Assembly: GCA_030650275.1 (NCBI GenBank)
Contig: JAUSEK010000008.1
Coordinates: 811-64,810 of the forward strand
Direction of reading: 5' to 3'
Source: Candidatus Omnitrophota bacterium
GTDB lineage: Bacteria; Omnitrophota; Gorgyraeia; Zapsychrales; Fredricksoniimonadaceae
Length of the DNA stretch: 64,000 nucleotides
The first letter of the stretch is position 1; each line of letters begins with the position of its first letter. The position numbers were made by a program, and so were the translations under genes. Of this stretch, positions 51,484 through 59,991 are shown in pieces. The notes under the pieces are model-generated. The model saw only the letters and a program-made list of their open reading frames with translations. It was not told the origin of the DNA and ran no database searches.

Positions 51484-51503
51484 TAGGGGCACGGCATGCC
51501 GTG
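51484..51503 (+). terminator. Perfect 20-nt palindrome GGGCACGGCATGCCGTGCCC after rpoD
   Basis: Self-complementary sequence 3 nt after the rpoD stop; followed by GTACGC. Overlaps the spurious upstream start of the aroD ORF. Confidence 0.5.
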
Positions 51504-51513
51504 CCCGTACGCT

Positions 51514-52176
51514 ATGAAACCAAAAATCGTTTTAGTCATTACCGACCAGGAAACCAACGCCCAGTTAGCCAAGCTGGGCGTTGGTCTTTTGGAGCTGCGC
51601 GTGGACCTGTTCAAAAGCCGCGCGCCTGATCATGTCGCCCGGCAGATCGCGCATCGCCGCAAACTCGGCATCCCGTTGTTATTGACGGTGCGTAATCAAA
51701 AGAAGGAAGGCGCGCTTAAAGAATTTTCCGATGCGGCCAAATGGGAAATTTTAGAACAGTTCATTCCGGCTGTGGATTGGGTGGATGTGGAGTTAAGTTC
51801 GCCTTTATGCGCTAAGGTTGTGGCTTTGGCGCGCAAGGCAGGCGCCAAGGTCGTGGTTTCGGCGCATGATTTCCGCCAGACCCCGCATCGCCTGGACGGT
51901 ATCCTCAAAAAAGCGTTGAGCACCCGGGCGGACATGGTCAAGATCGCGGCCTGGGCGCGCTCGTCCGGTGACATTCTCCGACTGCTTGAGTTCACGCTTC
52001 ACAACAAAAAACACCCTTTGGTCACCATGTCCTTGGGGCCGTGGGGAGCTGTATCCCGTCTTCTTCTGCCTTTGGCCGGCAGCCGCTGGGTGTATACCTT
52101 TTTGGGCACTCCCAAAGCCCCGGGCCAGGTGGATATCCACACCCTCCAGAGCCATCTGAAACTCTACTTCAAATAA
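51514..52176 (+). CDS. aroD: 3-dehydroquinate dehydratase, type I
   Basis: MKPKIVLVITDQETNAQLAKLGVGLLELRVDLF...catalytic-Lys region MVKIAAWA. Confidence 0.75.
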   Translation: MKPKIVLVITDQETNAQLAKLGVGLLELRVDLFKSRAPDHVARQIAHRRKLGIPLLLTVRNQKKEGALKEFSDAAKWEILEQFIPAVDWVDVELSSPLCAKVVALARKAGAKVVVSAHDFRQTPHRLDGILKKALSTRADMVKIAAWARSSGDILRLLEFTLHNKKHPLVTMSLGPWGAVSRLLLPLAGSRWVYTFLGTPKAPGQVDIHTLQSHLKLYFK

Positions 52177-52271
52177 TATAAATTATTTAGCCCCAAGCCC
52201 TTGCGCCCCAAGCAAAATGTATTGAAAAAACATGGGCGTTATGGTATCGTTTTAGGACTATTTTTGGGCGA

Positions 52272-52408
52272 CATCCCGACTTTGGCGGGATGAAAAGGGG
52301 TTGTTAAGGGGAAAAATCTTTTCCCCTTAAGCATGCGGATCAGTTTGACGGAGGGGTGTGACAGCCCCGCCAACGGCGGGGCGCCAGAAGGGGAACCTAT
52401 GGTTCCCC
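52272..52408 (+). other. Array of four perfect GC-rich mini-hairpins with 3-7 nt loops in the tRNA leader
   Basis: CATCCCG-ACTTTGG-CGGGATG (52272-52292). TTAAGGGGAAAA-ATC-TTTTCCCCTTAA (52304-52330). GCCCCGCC-AAC-GGCGGGGC (52364-52382). GGGGAACC-TAT-GGTTCCCC (52390-52408). Confidence 0.7.
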
Positions 52409-52451
52409 TGATGGAGAGTGAGCCCTGCGAAGCAATTGGCTAGGCGAACGA

Positions 52452-52525
52452 GGGCCCATAGCTCAGTCGGTCAGAGCAGGGGACTCATAATCCCTTGGTC
52501 CCAGGTTCGAGTCCTGGTGGGCCCA
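52452..52525 (+). tRNA. tRNA with CAU anticodon (Met, or Ile2/lysidine type); no encoded CCA
   Basis: Cloverleaf GGGCCCA/TGGGCCC acceptor, GCTC/GAGC D-stem, anticodon loop CTCATAA, T-loop TTCGAGT. C4-C5 in the acceptor stem and a GGUC variable loop resemble tRNA-Ile(LAU). Confidence 0.8.
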
Positions 52526-52714
52526 CATATAAGAATTACATACCCAGGAATAACGGACGAGCTCGAAGAGCGAGTACGTGAAAGGGGTGTGGGGGAAACC
52601 TTCCCCCACGCTTTCGGGGTAACAGCGACCCCGCTGAGGCGGGGGAGCGCCATAGGGGCAGAGCCCCTTTGGGGAGTGAGACGAACAAAAACGAAGTTTT
52701 TGTGAGCGAACGAC

Positions 52715-52792
52715 GGACTCATAGCTCAGTTTGGTTAGAGCGCTTCCTTCACATGGAAGAAGTCGTAGGTTCGAGTCCTACTGAGTCCACCA
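52715..52792 (+). tRNA. tRNA-Val (anticodon CAC), CCA encoded
   Basis: GGACTCA/TGAGTCC acceptor, anticodon arm CTTCC-TTCACAT-GGAAG, T-loop TTCGAGT, 3' ACCA. Confidence 0.85.
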
Positions 52793-52807
52793 TTTAGAGG
52801 ACAACGC

Positions 52808-53533
52808 GTGACGACCATTTCAGTCAAAGACCAGATCAAAAGATTGGTTGAATTGCAGGCGATGGACGTCGAGGTTTACCGCTTCAAGGTCCAGCTGCGC
52901 GAAAAGCCCGCCGAGATCGAGGCGCTTGACGCCGAATGCGAGGCCAAAAAAGCAGGATTGAAACAACGGGAAGAGGAATTAAAAGCCATTCAGCTGGCGC
53001 AGAAGAACAATGAAGGGGAATTGAAGGTCAAGGAAGAGGCCATTGTCAAGGCCGACGGCCAATTGCTGCAGTTAAAGACCAATAAGGAATATCAGATCAA
53101 ACTTTTAGAGATCGAAAGCATCAAGGCCGACAAATCGTTGATCGAGGAAAAGATCCTGTTGGGCTTTGATCAGGTGGAAGCCGCGCGCAAGGCCGTGGAA
53201 GCCGAGCGCGCCCTTGTCGCGTCCCACGAAAAAGAATTTGCCGTCAGGAAAAAGAAGATCGAGGATGATATCGCCATTGCCCAGGACCAGATGAAGGTCA
53301 AGGAGTCCCAGCGCGGCCGGCTGACCCCGGACGTGCGTCCTGACCTGCTGGGGCGTTACGAGCGCATCCTGGAAAACAAGGAAGGCCTGGCCATTGTGCC
53401 GGTCGTGGACAACGCCTGCGGCGGGTGTTTCATGCATTTGACCGAGCAGCGCATTGACCAGATCAAACGCAGCGACCAGATCGTGACCTGCGACATGTGC
53501 GCCCGGATCGTGTACCTTCCGGACGACCTATGA
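52808..53533 (+). CDS. Coiled-coil protein with a C-terminal C4 zinc ribbon (COG1579-like)
   Basis: Heptad-rich N-terminus; C-terminal CGGC...C..C: NACGGCFMHLTEQ...VTCDMCARIV. Confidence 0.65.
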   Translation: MTTISVKDQIKRLVELQAMDVEVYRFKVQLREKPAEIEALDAECEAKKAGLKQREEELKAIQLAQKNNEGELKVKEEAIVKADGQLLQLKTNKEYQIKLLEIESIKADKSLIEEKILLGFDQVEAARKAVEAERALVASHEKEFAVRKKKIEDDIAIAQDQMKVKESQRGRLTPDVRPDLLGRYERILENKEGLAIVPVVDNACGGCFMHLTEQRIDQIKRSDQIVTCDMCARIVYLPDDL

Positions 53534-53982
53534 AACTGGTCATTTTTACCGACGGAGGATGTTCCGGGAACCCCGGCCCCGCGGCCATCGGTGTGGTCAT
53601 CACCAAAAATGGCGCTGTCATCAGGGAAATTTCCAAAGTCATCGGCGAGGCCACCAATAATATCGCCGAATACACGGCTGTCATTTACGCGCTGCAGGAG
53701 GCCTTGATATTAAAAGCGCGCGATGTCCTGGTCAAGACGGACAGCGAGTTGATGGCCAGGCAATTGAACGGCCAGTATGCCGTCAAGCACGGCCATATCA
53801 AACCGCTCTTTGATCAAGTGAAACATTTGTATTCAGGGTTCAGATCGGTTGAAGTTGTGCACGTACCGCGTGAAGAAAACGCGCGCGCCGACCGGCTGGC
53901 CCGCAGGGCTCTTAAAGCAAATCAGGATGGCCGCTCCGATGCCTTTGGCGTCGGAGAGGAAAGTCCGAGCTCCGAAGGATAA
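53530..53982 (+). CDS. rnhA: Ribonuclease HI
   Basis: MKLVIFTDGGCSGNPGPAAIGVVI...TNNIAEYTAVIYALQEA...VKTDSELMARQLNGQY. ATGA overlap with the upstream gene. Its 3' ~70 nt overlap rnpB. Confidence 0.85.
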   Translation: MKLVIFTDGGCSGNPGPAAIGVVITKNGAVIREISKVIGEATNNIAEYTAVIYALQEALILKARDVLVKTDSELMARQLNGQYAVKHGHIKPLFDQVKHLYSGFRSVEVVHVPREENARADRLARRALKANQDGRSDAFGVGEESPSSEG

Positions 53983-54246
53983 TGCATCCCGGTAATGCGG
54001 GACCTCTGCCTGAAAACGGCGGAAGAGGATCAGAGCTACAGAGACGAGTCGCCCCGCCTATGGCGGGGCGGGTGAAACGAGCAATCTCTGCATGGAGCAA
54101 TGCCAAATAGGGGAAGATGAGGTGATCCGCCTCGCTATCATTCCCGGGTAGGCTGCCAGATATCCCGCCGCAAGGCGGGATGTTAGTCAAATGGCCATCC
54201 CCCTGTCAAAAGGGGAACAGAACTCGGCTTATGATTTGCTTTATTT
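53912..54246 (+). ncRNA. rnpB: RNase P RNA (bacterial type A, compact)
   Basis: P1 pairing AAAGCAAATC (53914-23) with GATTTGCTTT (54233-42). GGAAAGTCCGAGCTCC (CR-I) at 53958. Also ACAGAGACGAG, GGGTGAAAC, CAAATAGGGG, CCCGGGTAGGCTGCC and ACAGAACTCGGCTTATG. T-rich tail after 54242. Confidence 0.8.
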
Positions 54247-54275
54247 TTTGATCATCACCAAGGGAGGTCATTCGC

Positions 54276-55037
54276 ATGTCAGGACATTCAAAATGGGCAA
54301 AAATTAAACATAAAAAAGGCGCGGAAGACGCCAAGCGCGGCATGTTGTTCACCAAGCTGAGCAAGGAGATCACCGCGGCCGCCAAGGAAAAAGGCGGGAA
54401 CCAGGAGACGAATTTCCGCCTGCGCGCGGCTGTGGCCCGCGCCCGTGAATACAATATGCCCCAAAACAACGTCGAGAACGCCATTAAAAAAGGCACCGGT
54501 GAGATCCCGGGCATTGTCTTTGAAAATGTTGTCTTTGACGCGTACGGTCCCGGCGGTGTCGCCATGCTCATCGAGGGTTTGACCGACAACAAGAACCGCA
54601 CCACGGCGGAGATCCGCAATATTTTGAATAAAAAAGGCGGGTCCATGGCCGGCGGCGGAGCCACCGCGTTTTTGTTCTCCAAAAAAGGTTATTTTTCCGT
54701 TGAAAGATCCAAGGCCAGCGAGGACGCGGTCATGGAAACGGCGCTGGATGCCGGGGCGGAGGATATCACGACCGAAGATGATTCTTACGAGATCATTTGC
54801 GACTGGTCCGTGTTCGAAGCGGTCAGGAAAGCCCTGGAAGCCAAGAAGATCGAGACCGCCACCGCGGAGATCACCATGATCCCCAGCTCAACGGTCAAGG
54901 TGGAAGGCAATGACGCCAAACACATTTTAGATCTGATGGAAACGCTGGAAGATCACGAAGACATCCAGCGCGTCTACGCGAATTTTGATATTTCCGATGA
55001 GGAAATGGCTAAGGTCACCGCCGATCATACTGACTAA
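54276..55037 (+). CDS. yebC: YebC/PmpR-family DNA-binding transcriptional regulator
   Basis: MSGHSKWAKIKHKKGAEDAKRGMLFTKL. Confidence 0.9.
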   Translation: MSGHSKWAKIKHKKGAEDAKRGMLFTKLSKEITAAAKEKGGNQETNFRLRAAVARAREYNMPQNNVENAIKKGTGEIPGIVFENVVFDAYGPGGVAMLIEGLTDNKNRTTAEIRNILNKKGGSMAGGGATAFLFSKKGYFSVERSKASEDAVMETALDAGAEDITTEDDSYEIICDWSVFEAVRKALEAKKIETATAEITMIPSSTVKVEGNDAKHILDLMETLEDHEDIQRVYANFDISDEEMAKVTADHTD

Positions 55038-55049
55038 AGAAAGCGTTCT

Positions 55050-55538
55050 ATGCGGATCCTAGGCGTTGATCCGGGCTTGAAAGCCACCGGCTATGGGGTG
55101 ATCGACTTGGGGCGGGGGGCCCGCGTCCGGGTCCTTGAGGCCGGCACCATTGAGCCCGACCCCAAAGCCGCTTTTGCCGAACGCATCGCCCGTGTCCATC
55201 AGCATATCGGCGCGTTGCTGGCGGCCCACAAACCCGACGTGGTGGTCCTGGAAAAATTATACGCCCATACCAAACACCCCACGACGGCTTGCGTTTTAGG
55301 GCATGTGCGCGGGGTCATTTGTTTGAGCACGGCCCAGCACAAGGTCGCGCTCATTGAATACAGCGTCAAGCGCGTGCGTCAAGCGCTGGTCGGCAACGGC
55401 AACGCGACTAAATTGCAGGTGCAGGCCTTCGTGAAACGGCTTTTGAGGATCGAAGGGACCGAAATGGCGCTGGATGCCAGCGACGCGCTGGCATTGGCCC
55501 TGGGTCACGCGCACATGCTGAAATTCAAATTGTTCTGA
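55050..55538 (+). CDS. ruvC: Crossover junction endodeoxyribonuclease RuvC
   Basis: MRILGVDPGLKATGYGVID. Confidence 0.9.
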   Translation: MRILGVDPGLKATGYGVIDLGRGARVRVLEAGTIEPDPKAAFAERIARVHQHIGALLAAHKPDVVVLEKLYAHTKHPTTACVLGHVRGVICLSTAQHKVALIEYSVKRVRQALVGNGNATKLQVQAFVKRLLRIEGTEMALDASDALALALGHAHMLKFKLF

Positions 55539-55584
55539 GATTCTTCGGCCTATGGCCTCAGAATGACCTTTATTGAGGTTAATC

Positions 55585-56211
55585 ATGATTTCCGCCATTG
55601 CAGGAAAGGTCACGGAGACAAAAGACAATACCCTCGTCATCGCCTGCGGGGCTTTGAGTTACGAGGTGCTGGTACCGTTGTCTGTGCTGCAGAGGGTCCA
55701 AGAAAACCAAGATAGCGATGGCAATGTCCGGCTAATTACGTATCATTATTTACAGGTGTCCCCGTCCAGCGCTTCACCGGTACTGGTGGGTTTTTTCAAC
55801 AAACTTGAGCGGGATTTCTTCCTGGAATTCATCAAGGTTTCAGGTATCGGCCCGCGCGCCGCGGTCAAGGCCCTGAACAAAAGCATCGGCGAGATCGCCC
55901 AGGCCATTGACCGGGGCGACACCGCGTATTTGAGGACCCTGCCCGGCATCGGTTTGCAGAGGGCCAAGGAGATCGTCGCCAAACTGCAGGGCAAGATGGG
56001 CGGCTTTACGCTCATGCGCGACAAGGTTTCTGAGCCCGTTGGGGCGCAAAAGGCCGGCCTGAAAGAGGAAGCGTTGGCCATCTTATTGCAATTGCAATAC
56101 AAGCGCCCGGAAGCCGAGGCCATGATCGAGGCGGCCCTCAAACGCGCCGCAGAGATACAAACGTCCCAGGAATTGTTGAACGAAATTTACAAACAAAGGA
56201 CCACGGTGTGA
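55585..56211 (+). CDS. ruvA: Holliday junction DNA helicase subunit RuvA
   Basis: MISAIAGKV...helix-hairpin-helix GIGPRAAVKAL and LPGIGLQRAKEI. The start at 55585 is preferred over 55573. Confidence 0.85.
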   Translation: MISAIAGKVTETKDNTLVIACGALSYEVLVPLSVLQRVQENQDSDGNVRLITYHYLQVSPSSASPVLVGFFNKLERDFFLEFIKVSGIGPRAAVKALNKSIGEIAQAIDRGDTAYLRTLPGIGLQRAKEIVAKLQGKMGGFTLMRDKVSEPVGAQKAGLKEEALAILLQLQYKRPEAEAMIEAALKRAAEIQTSQELLNEIYKQRTTV

Positions 56212-56834
56212 TGGAACAGCCCGAAGATCAGCATTACAAAAGCGCCATGGAAGCGCTGTTGTTCGTCAGCGACAAGCCGGTGGTTTTAGACCAGCTCAAA
56301 CAGGTCTTTCCCCAATTGACGCCGTCCGTCCTTGAGGACCTGCTGCGCCGATTGCAGGATGAATATGCCGCCCGCGACGCGGGCATGGTCGTCGTTGAGA
56401 TCGCCGGGGGCTGGCAGATGCTGTCCAACAGCCACGCGGCATCTTACATCCGCGAGTTTTACAAGACGCGCACCAAGGAAAAATTGTCCCGTCCGGCCCT
56501 GGAATGCCTGGCCATTGTCGCGTATAAACAGCCGGTGGGCCGCGGCGAGGTGGAGGCCATCCGCGGGGTCAATTCCGACGGGACTATCGCGCATCTTTTG
56601 AACAAGGGGCTTGTCAGGATCGTGGGCCGCAGGGAAGTGCCGGGCCGCCCGTTTTTGTACGGCACCACGAAAGAATTTTTGGAATATTTCGGTTTGAAGT
56701 CGCTGGAGGACATCCCCAAGATCGAGGCATTGTCTTTGCCGTTACAGCCGGAGATCGGGGAGGAAATGAACCTGGAAGCCGCCGGTCAGGAAACGAGCGG
56801 TCAGTCACGCGTGACCCAAGAGGAGCAAAAATAA
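56208..56834 (+). CDS. scpB: Segregation and condensation protein B
   Basis: AMEALLFVSDKPVVLDQL...ECLAIVAYKQPVGRGEVEAIRGVNSDGTIAHLLNKGLV; ATGA overlap with ruvA. Confidence 0.85.
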   Translation: MMEQPEDQHYKSAMEALLFVSDKPVVLDQLKQVFPQLTPSVLEDLLRRLQDEYAARDAGMVVVEIAGGWQMLSNSHAASYIREFYKTRTKEKLSRPALECLAIVAYKQPVGRGEVEAIRGVNSDGTIAHLLNKGLVRIVGRREVPGRPFLYGTTKEFLEYFGLKSLEDIPKIEALSLPLQPEIGEEMNLEAAGQETSGQSRVTQEEQK

Positions 56835-57901
56835 TGGACTTGACCCATTTGCGTAAGAAAATAGATTTTTTGGACGCCCGGATCGTCGCGCTTCTTAACG
56901 AGCGCGCCGGCATTACTTTGTCCATTGGTCAAGAAAAGCTTAAGAACAAGAGATCTATTTATGCGCCTGAACGCGAGAAACAGGTTTTGGCCCGTATCAG
57001 AGGGTTAAATCAAGGCCCGCTGTCAAAGCAATCTTTGGAGGCGGTCTATCGGGAGATCATGTCCGGTTCTTTGTCTTTGGAAAAGTCTTTGCGGATCGCT
57101 CATTTAGGGCCAAAGGCCTCGTATACACAGATGGCGGCTTTAAGAAAATTCGGACGGTCCGTTGAATATATCACCTGTGACAACATTCCGGATGTTTTCA
57201 ACCGGGTTGAGCATGGTGATTGTGATTATGGTGTTGTACCCGTCGAGAATTCTAATGAAGGCGCCGTAACGCACACATTCGACATGCTGGTTGATTCTGA
57301 TCTGAAAATATGTTCGCAGACCCTGATGCCCATCGCTCATCATCTTCTGGCGAACGTATCCATGAACAAGATCAGGCAAATTTATTCTAATCCCCAAGTA
57401 TTCGGTCAATGCCGTCAGTGGCTTATGGTGAATATGCCTAAGGCGGAATTGATCGATGCCGTTTCTTCAGCAAGGGCCGCGCAGATAACAGCCAAGAAGA
57501 AGAATGCGGCGTGCATTGCTTCGGAATTAGCGGCGCAGGTGTATGGGCTTAAGATCCTTAAGAGAAATATCCAGGACAATAACGCCCATAACATCACACG
57601 TTTCCTTGTGCTGTCCAAGGCGGACGCTGGGCCCACGGGCCGCGACCGCACGTCGCTGGTTTTCTCCATCAAGGACAAGGTCGGCGCTTTGCATGCCATG
57701 CTCACACCGTTCTATAAAAATAAGATCAACCTGACCAAGATAGAATCCCGGCCTTCAAAAAAGAAGGCCTGGGATTATTATTTCTTCGTGGATTGCGAAG
57801 GCCACCAGAAGGACAAGGCCGTGGCCCGCGCCCTCGGCCAGCTCGAGGGGATGTGCAAATTTATGAAGATCCTGGGCTCTTATCCGGCATTGGACCAATG
57901 A
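56834..57901 (+). CDS. pheA: Bifunctional chorismate mutase/prephenate dehydratase (P-protein) with an ACT domain
   Basis: N-terminal CM LRKKIDFLDARIVALLNERA. PDT core GPKASYTQMAA...TRFLVL. C-terminal ACT domain. Confidence 0.85.
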   Translation: MDLTHLRKKIDFLDARIVALLNERAGITLSIGQEKLKNKRSIYAPEREKQVLARIRGLNQGPLSKQSLEAVYREIMSGSLSLEKSLRIAHLGPKASYTQMAALRKFGRSVEYITCDNIPDVFNRVEHGDCDYGVVPVENSNEGAVTHTFDMLVDSDLKICSQTLMPIAHHLLANVSMNKIRQIYSNPQVFGQCRQWLMVNMPKAELIDAVSSARAAQITAKKKNAACIASELAAQVYGLKILKRNIQDNNAHNITRFLVLSKADAGPTGRDRTSLVFSIKDKVGALHAMLTPFYKNKINLTKIESRPSKKKAWDYYFFVDCEGHQKDKAVARALGQLEGMCKFMKILGSYPALDQ

Positions 57902-58977
57902 AGGTCGCGCGCCAAAGCATATTGTCCGTCAAGCCCTATGTGGGCGGTCAACCCATTGCCGACGTTAAGCGGGAACTGGGCTTAAAAAGCGTCATCAAAC
58001 TCGCCTCCAACGAGAACCCTTATCCGCCTTCGCCAAAGGTGTTGGCGGCCATTGCCCGGGCGGCCAGGGACGTCAACCGTTATCCCGACGGCAATTGTTA
58101 TGAACTGCGCCGTGTTCTGGCCAAACGTCTGGGTGTTGTGCCCGGGCAATTGGTCTTCGGCAACGGGTCGGATGAGATCATTGTCATGGCGGTCAGGGCC
58201 TTCGTGCGCGAGGGGGACGAGGTTGTTATCGCCAAACCGTCGTTTTTGGTCTACGATCTTGCATCCCGTATCGCCGGGGCCAGGGTCAGGGAAGTCGCGC
58301 TTAAAAATTTCCGTTACGATCTGGAGGGCATGAAACGCGCCGTCAACAAACGCACCAAGATCGTTTTTATCGGCAATCCCGATAATCCGGCAGGGACCTA
58401 TGTCACCCTCCAACAGATCAAAGCGTTTCTCAAAGGGGTTTCGCGCGACGTTCTGGTGTTCATGGATGAGGCCTATTTTGAATACGTCCGCGCCAAGGAT
58501 TATCCCAACGGTATCCGCTTGATCGCCGGACACCCCAATGTGGTGGTCACGCGCACCTTCTCCAAGATGTATGGTCTGGCGGCCTTGCGCGTGGGTTATG
58601 GCGTGGCACAGCCGGCGGTGATCGATATTTTAAACCGCGTGCGCGAGCCGTTCAACGTCAATGCCTTGGCCCAGAGCGCGGCTGTTGCCGCTTTAAAGGA
58701 CCGCGCTTATTATGCCAGGATCGCCGACGATATTGAGGCCCAGCGCCGATTTCTGTACCGCGCCTTAACGGCCCTGGGAGTTGAATACATTGAAAGTTTT
58801 ACCAATTTTATTTTGGTCCGCACAGGGGACGGTGCGGCAGCGGCCCGGGCGCTTTTGAAAAAAGGCGTCATCGTGCGCGACATGAGCGCGTGGGGATTAA
58901 AAGGGTATATCCGTGTCTCTTTGGGGACATCGGCCGAGAATAAACGGTTCATTAAGACATTGGGAGCGATCTTATGA
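57898..58977 (+). CDS. hisC: Histidinol-phosphate aminotransferase (class II aminotransferase)
   Basis: KLASNENPYPPSP...TFSKMYGLAALRVGY (Lys-PLP); ATGA overlap with pheA. Confidence 0.8.
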   Translation: MKVARQSILSVKPYVGGQPIADVKRELGLKSVIKLASNENPYPPSPKVLAAIARAARDVNRYPDGNCYELRRVLAKRLGVVPGQLVFGNGSDEIIVMAVRAFVREGDEVVIAKPSFLVYDLASRIAGARVREVALKNFRYDLEGMKRAVNKRTKIVFIGNPDNPAGTYVTLQQIKAFLKGVSRDVLVFMDEAYFEYVRAKDYPNGIRLIAGHPNVVVTRTFSKMYGLAALRVGYGVAQPAVIDILNRVREPFNVNALAQSAAVAALKDRAYYARIADDIEAQRRFLYRALTALGVEYIESFTNFILVRTGDGAAAARALLKKGVIVRDMSAWGLKGYIRVSLGTSAENKRFIKTLGAIL

Positions 58978-59990
58978 TCATCATTTTAAATCCGGACGCC
59001 ACCGAGGCGCAGATCCAGCACATCGTTGATCGGGCCGGCAAATTGGGCCTGAAGTCCAATATTTCCCGCGGGGTCGAGCGCACGGTCATCGGGTTCATCG
59101 GGCCGGAGGATGCCTTGCGGGTCATTCCGCTGGAAGTGTTTCCCGGCGTGGACCAGGTCATGCAGGTTTTGGCCCCGTATAAACTTGTGTCCCGCGAATT
59201 CAAAAAACAGGACACGGTCATCAAACTTAAAGGCGGAGTCGCCGTCGGAGGCAAGAAGATCGTGGTCATGGCCGGGCCCTGTTCCGTGGAAGGGTATGAG
59301 CCGCTGTTGTCGGTGGCCAAAAAGGTCAAGGCCCTGGGGGCCACGGTTTTGCGCGGCGGCGCTTTCAAACCGCGTACCTCGCCCTATGATTTTCAGGGTC
59401 TGGGCGAAGAGGGCCTGAAGATCCTGCAGCGGGTGGGCAAGGAAACAGGGCTGTGCACCATCTCCGAGGTCATGGACACGCGTCAGGTTGACCTGGTCGC
59501 CAGATATGTTGATGTTCTGCAGATCGGCGCGCGCAATATCCAGAACTTCGCGCTTTTAAAGGAAGTGGGCCTGATCAAAAAGCCGGTGATGCTCAAGCGC
59601 GGCATGAGCACGACGGTGAAAGAATGGCTCATGTCCGCCGAATATCTTTTAGCCAACGGCAATTTTGACGTCATGCTCTGTGAGCGCGGCATACGCACCT
59701 TTGAGACCTCCACCCGCAATACTCTGGACGTCAACGCGGTGGCTGTGGCCAAGAAACTCACCCATTTGCCCGTGGTGGTTGACCCAAGCCATGCCACCGG
59801 CCATTGGCAATACGTGGCCGCGGGCGCGCGCGCGGGCATTGCCGCCGGATGCGACGCGATCATGGTGGAGGTCCACGACAACCCCGAAGAGGCGCTTTCC
59901 GACGGGGCCCAGTCATTGAGGCCGGACAAATTCCAGGAACTCATGGTGTCCTGCCGGCGCGTGGCCCAGGCCGTGGACAGGGAAATTTAA
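58974..59990 (+). CDS. aroF: 3-deoxy-7-phosphoheptulonate (DAHP) synthase, type I-beta, with an N-terminal regulatory extension
   Basis: IVVMAGPCSVEGYEPLL...LQIGARNIQNF...VVDPSHATGH; ATGA overlap. Confidence 0.75.
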   Translation: MIIILNPDATEAQIQHIVDRAGKLGLKSNISRGVERTVIGFIGPEDALRVIPLEVFPGVDQVMQVLAPYKLVSREFKKQDTVIKLKGGVAVGGKKIVVMAGPCSVEGYEPLLSVAKKVKALGATVLRGGAFKPRTSPYDFQGLGEEGLKILQRVGKETGLCTISEVMDTRQVDLVARYVDVLQIGARNIQNFALLKEVGLIKKPVMLKRGMSTTVKEWLMSAEYLLANGNFDVMLCERGIRTFETSTRNTLDVNAVAVAKKLTHLPVVVDPSHATGHWQYVAAGARAGIAAGCDAIMVEVHDNPEEALSDGAQSLRPDKFQELMVSCRRVAQAVDREI

Positions 59991-59991
59991 C

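Noticed and set aside
51496-52176. ORF-track start MPCPYAMKPK for aroD
   Set aside because: The first 18 nt lie within the perfect palindrome/terminator after rpoD. The conserved AroD N-terminus starts at the ATG at 51514.
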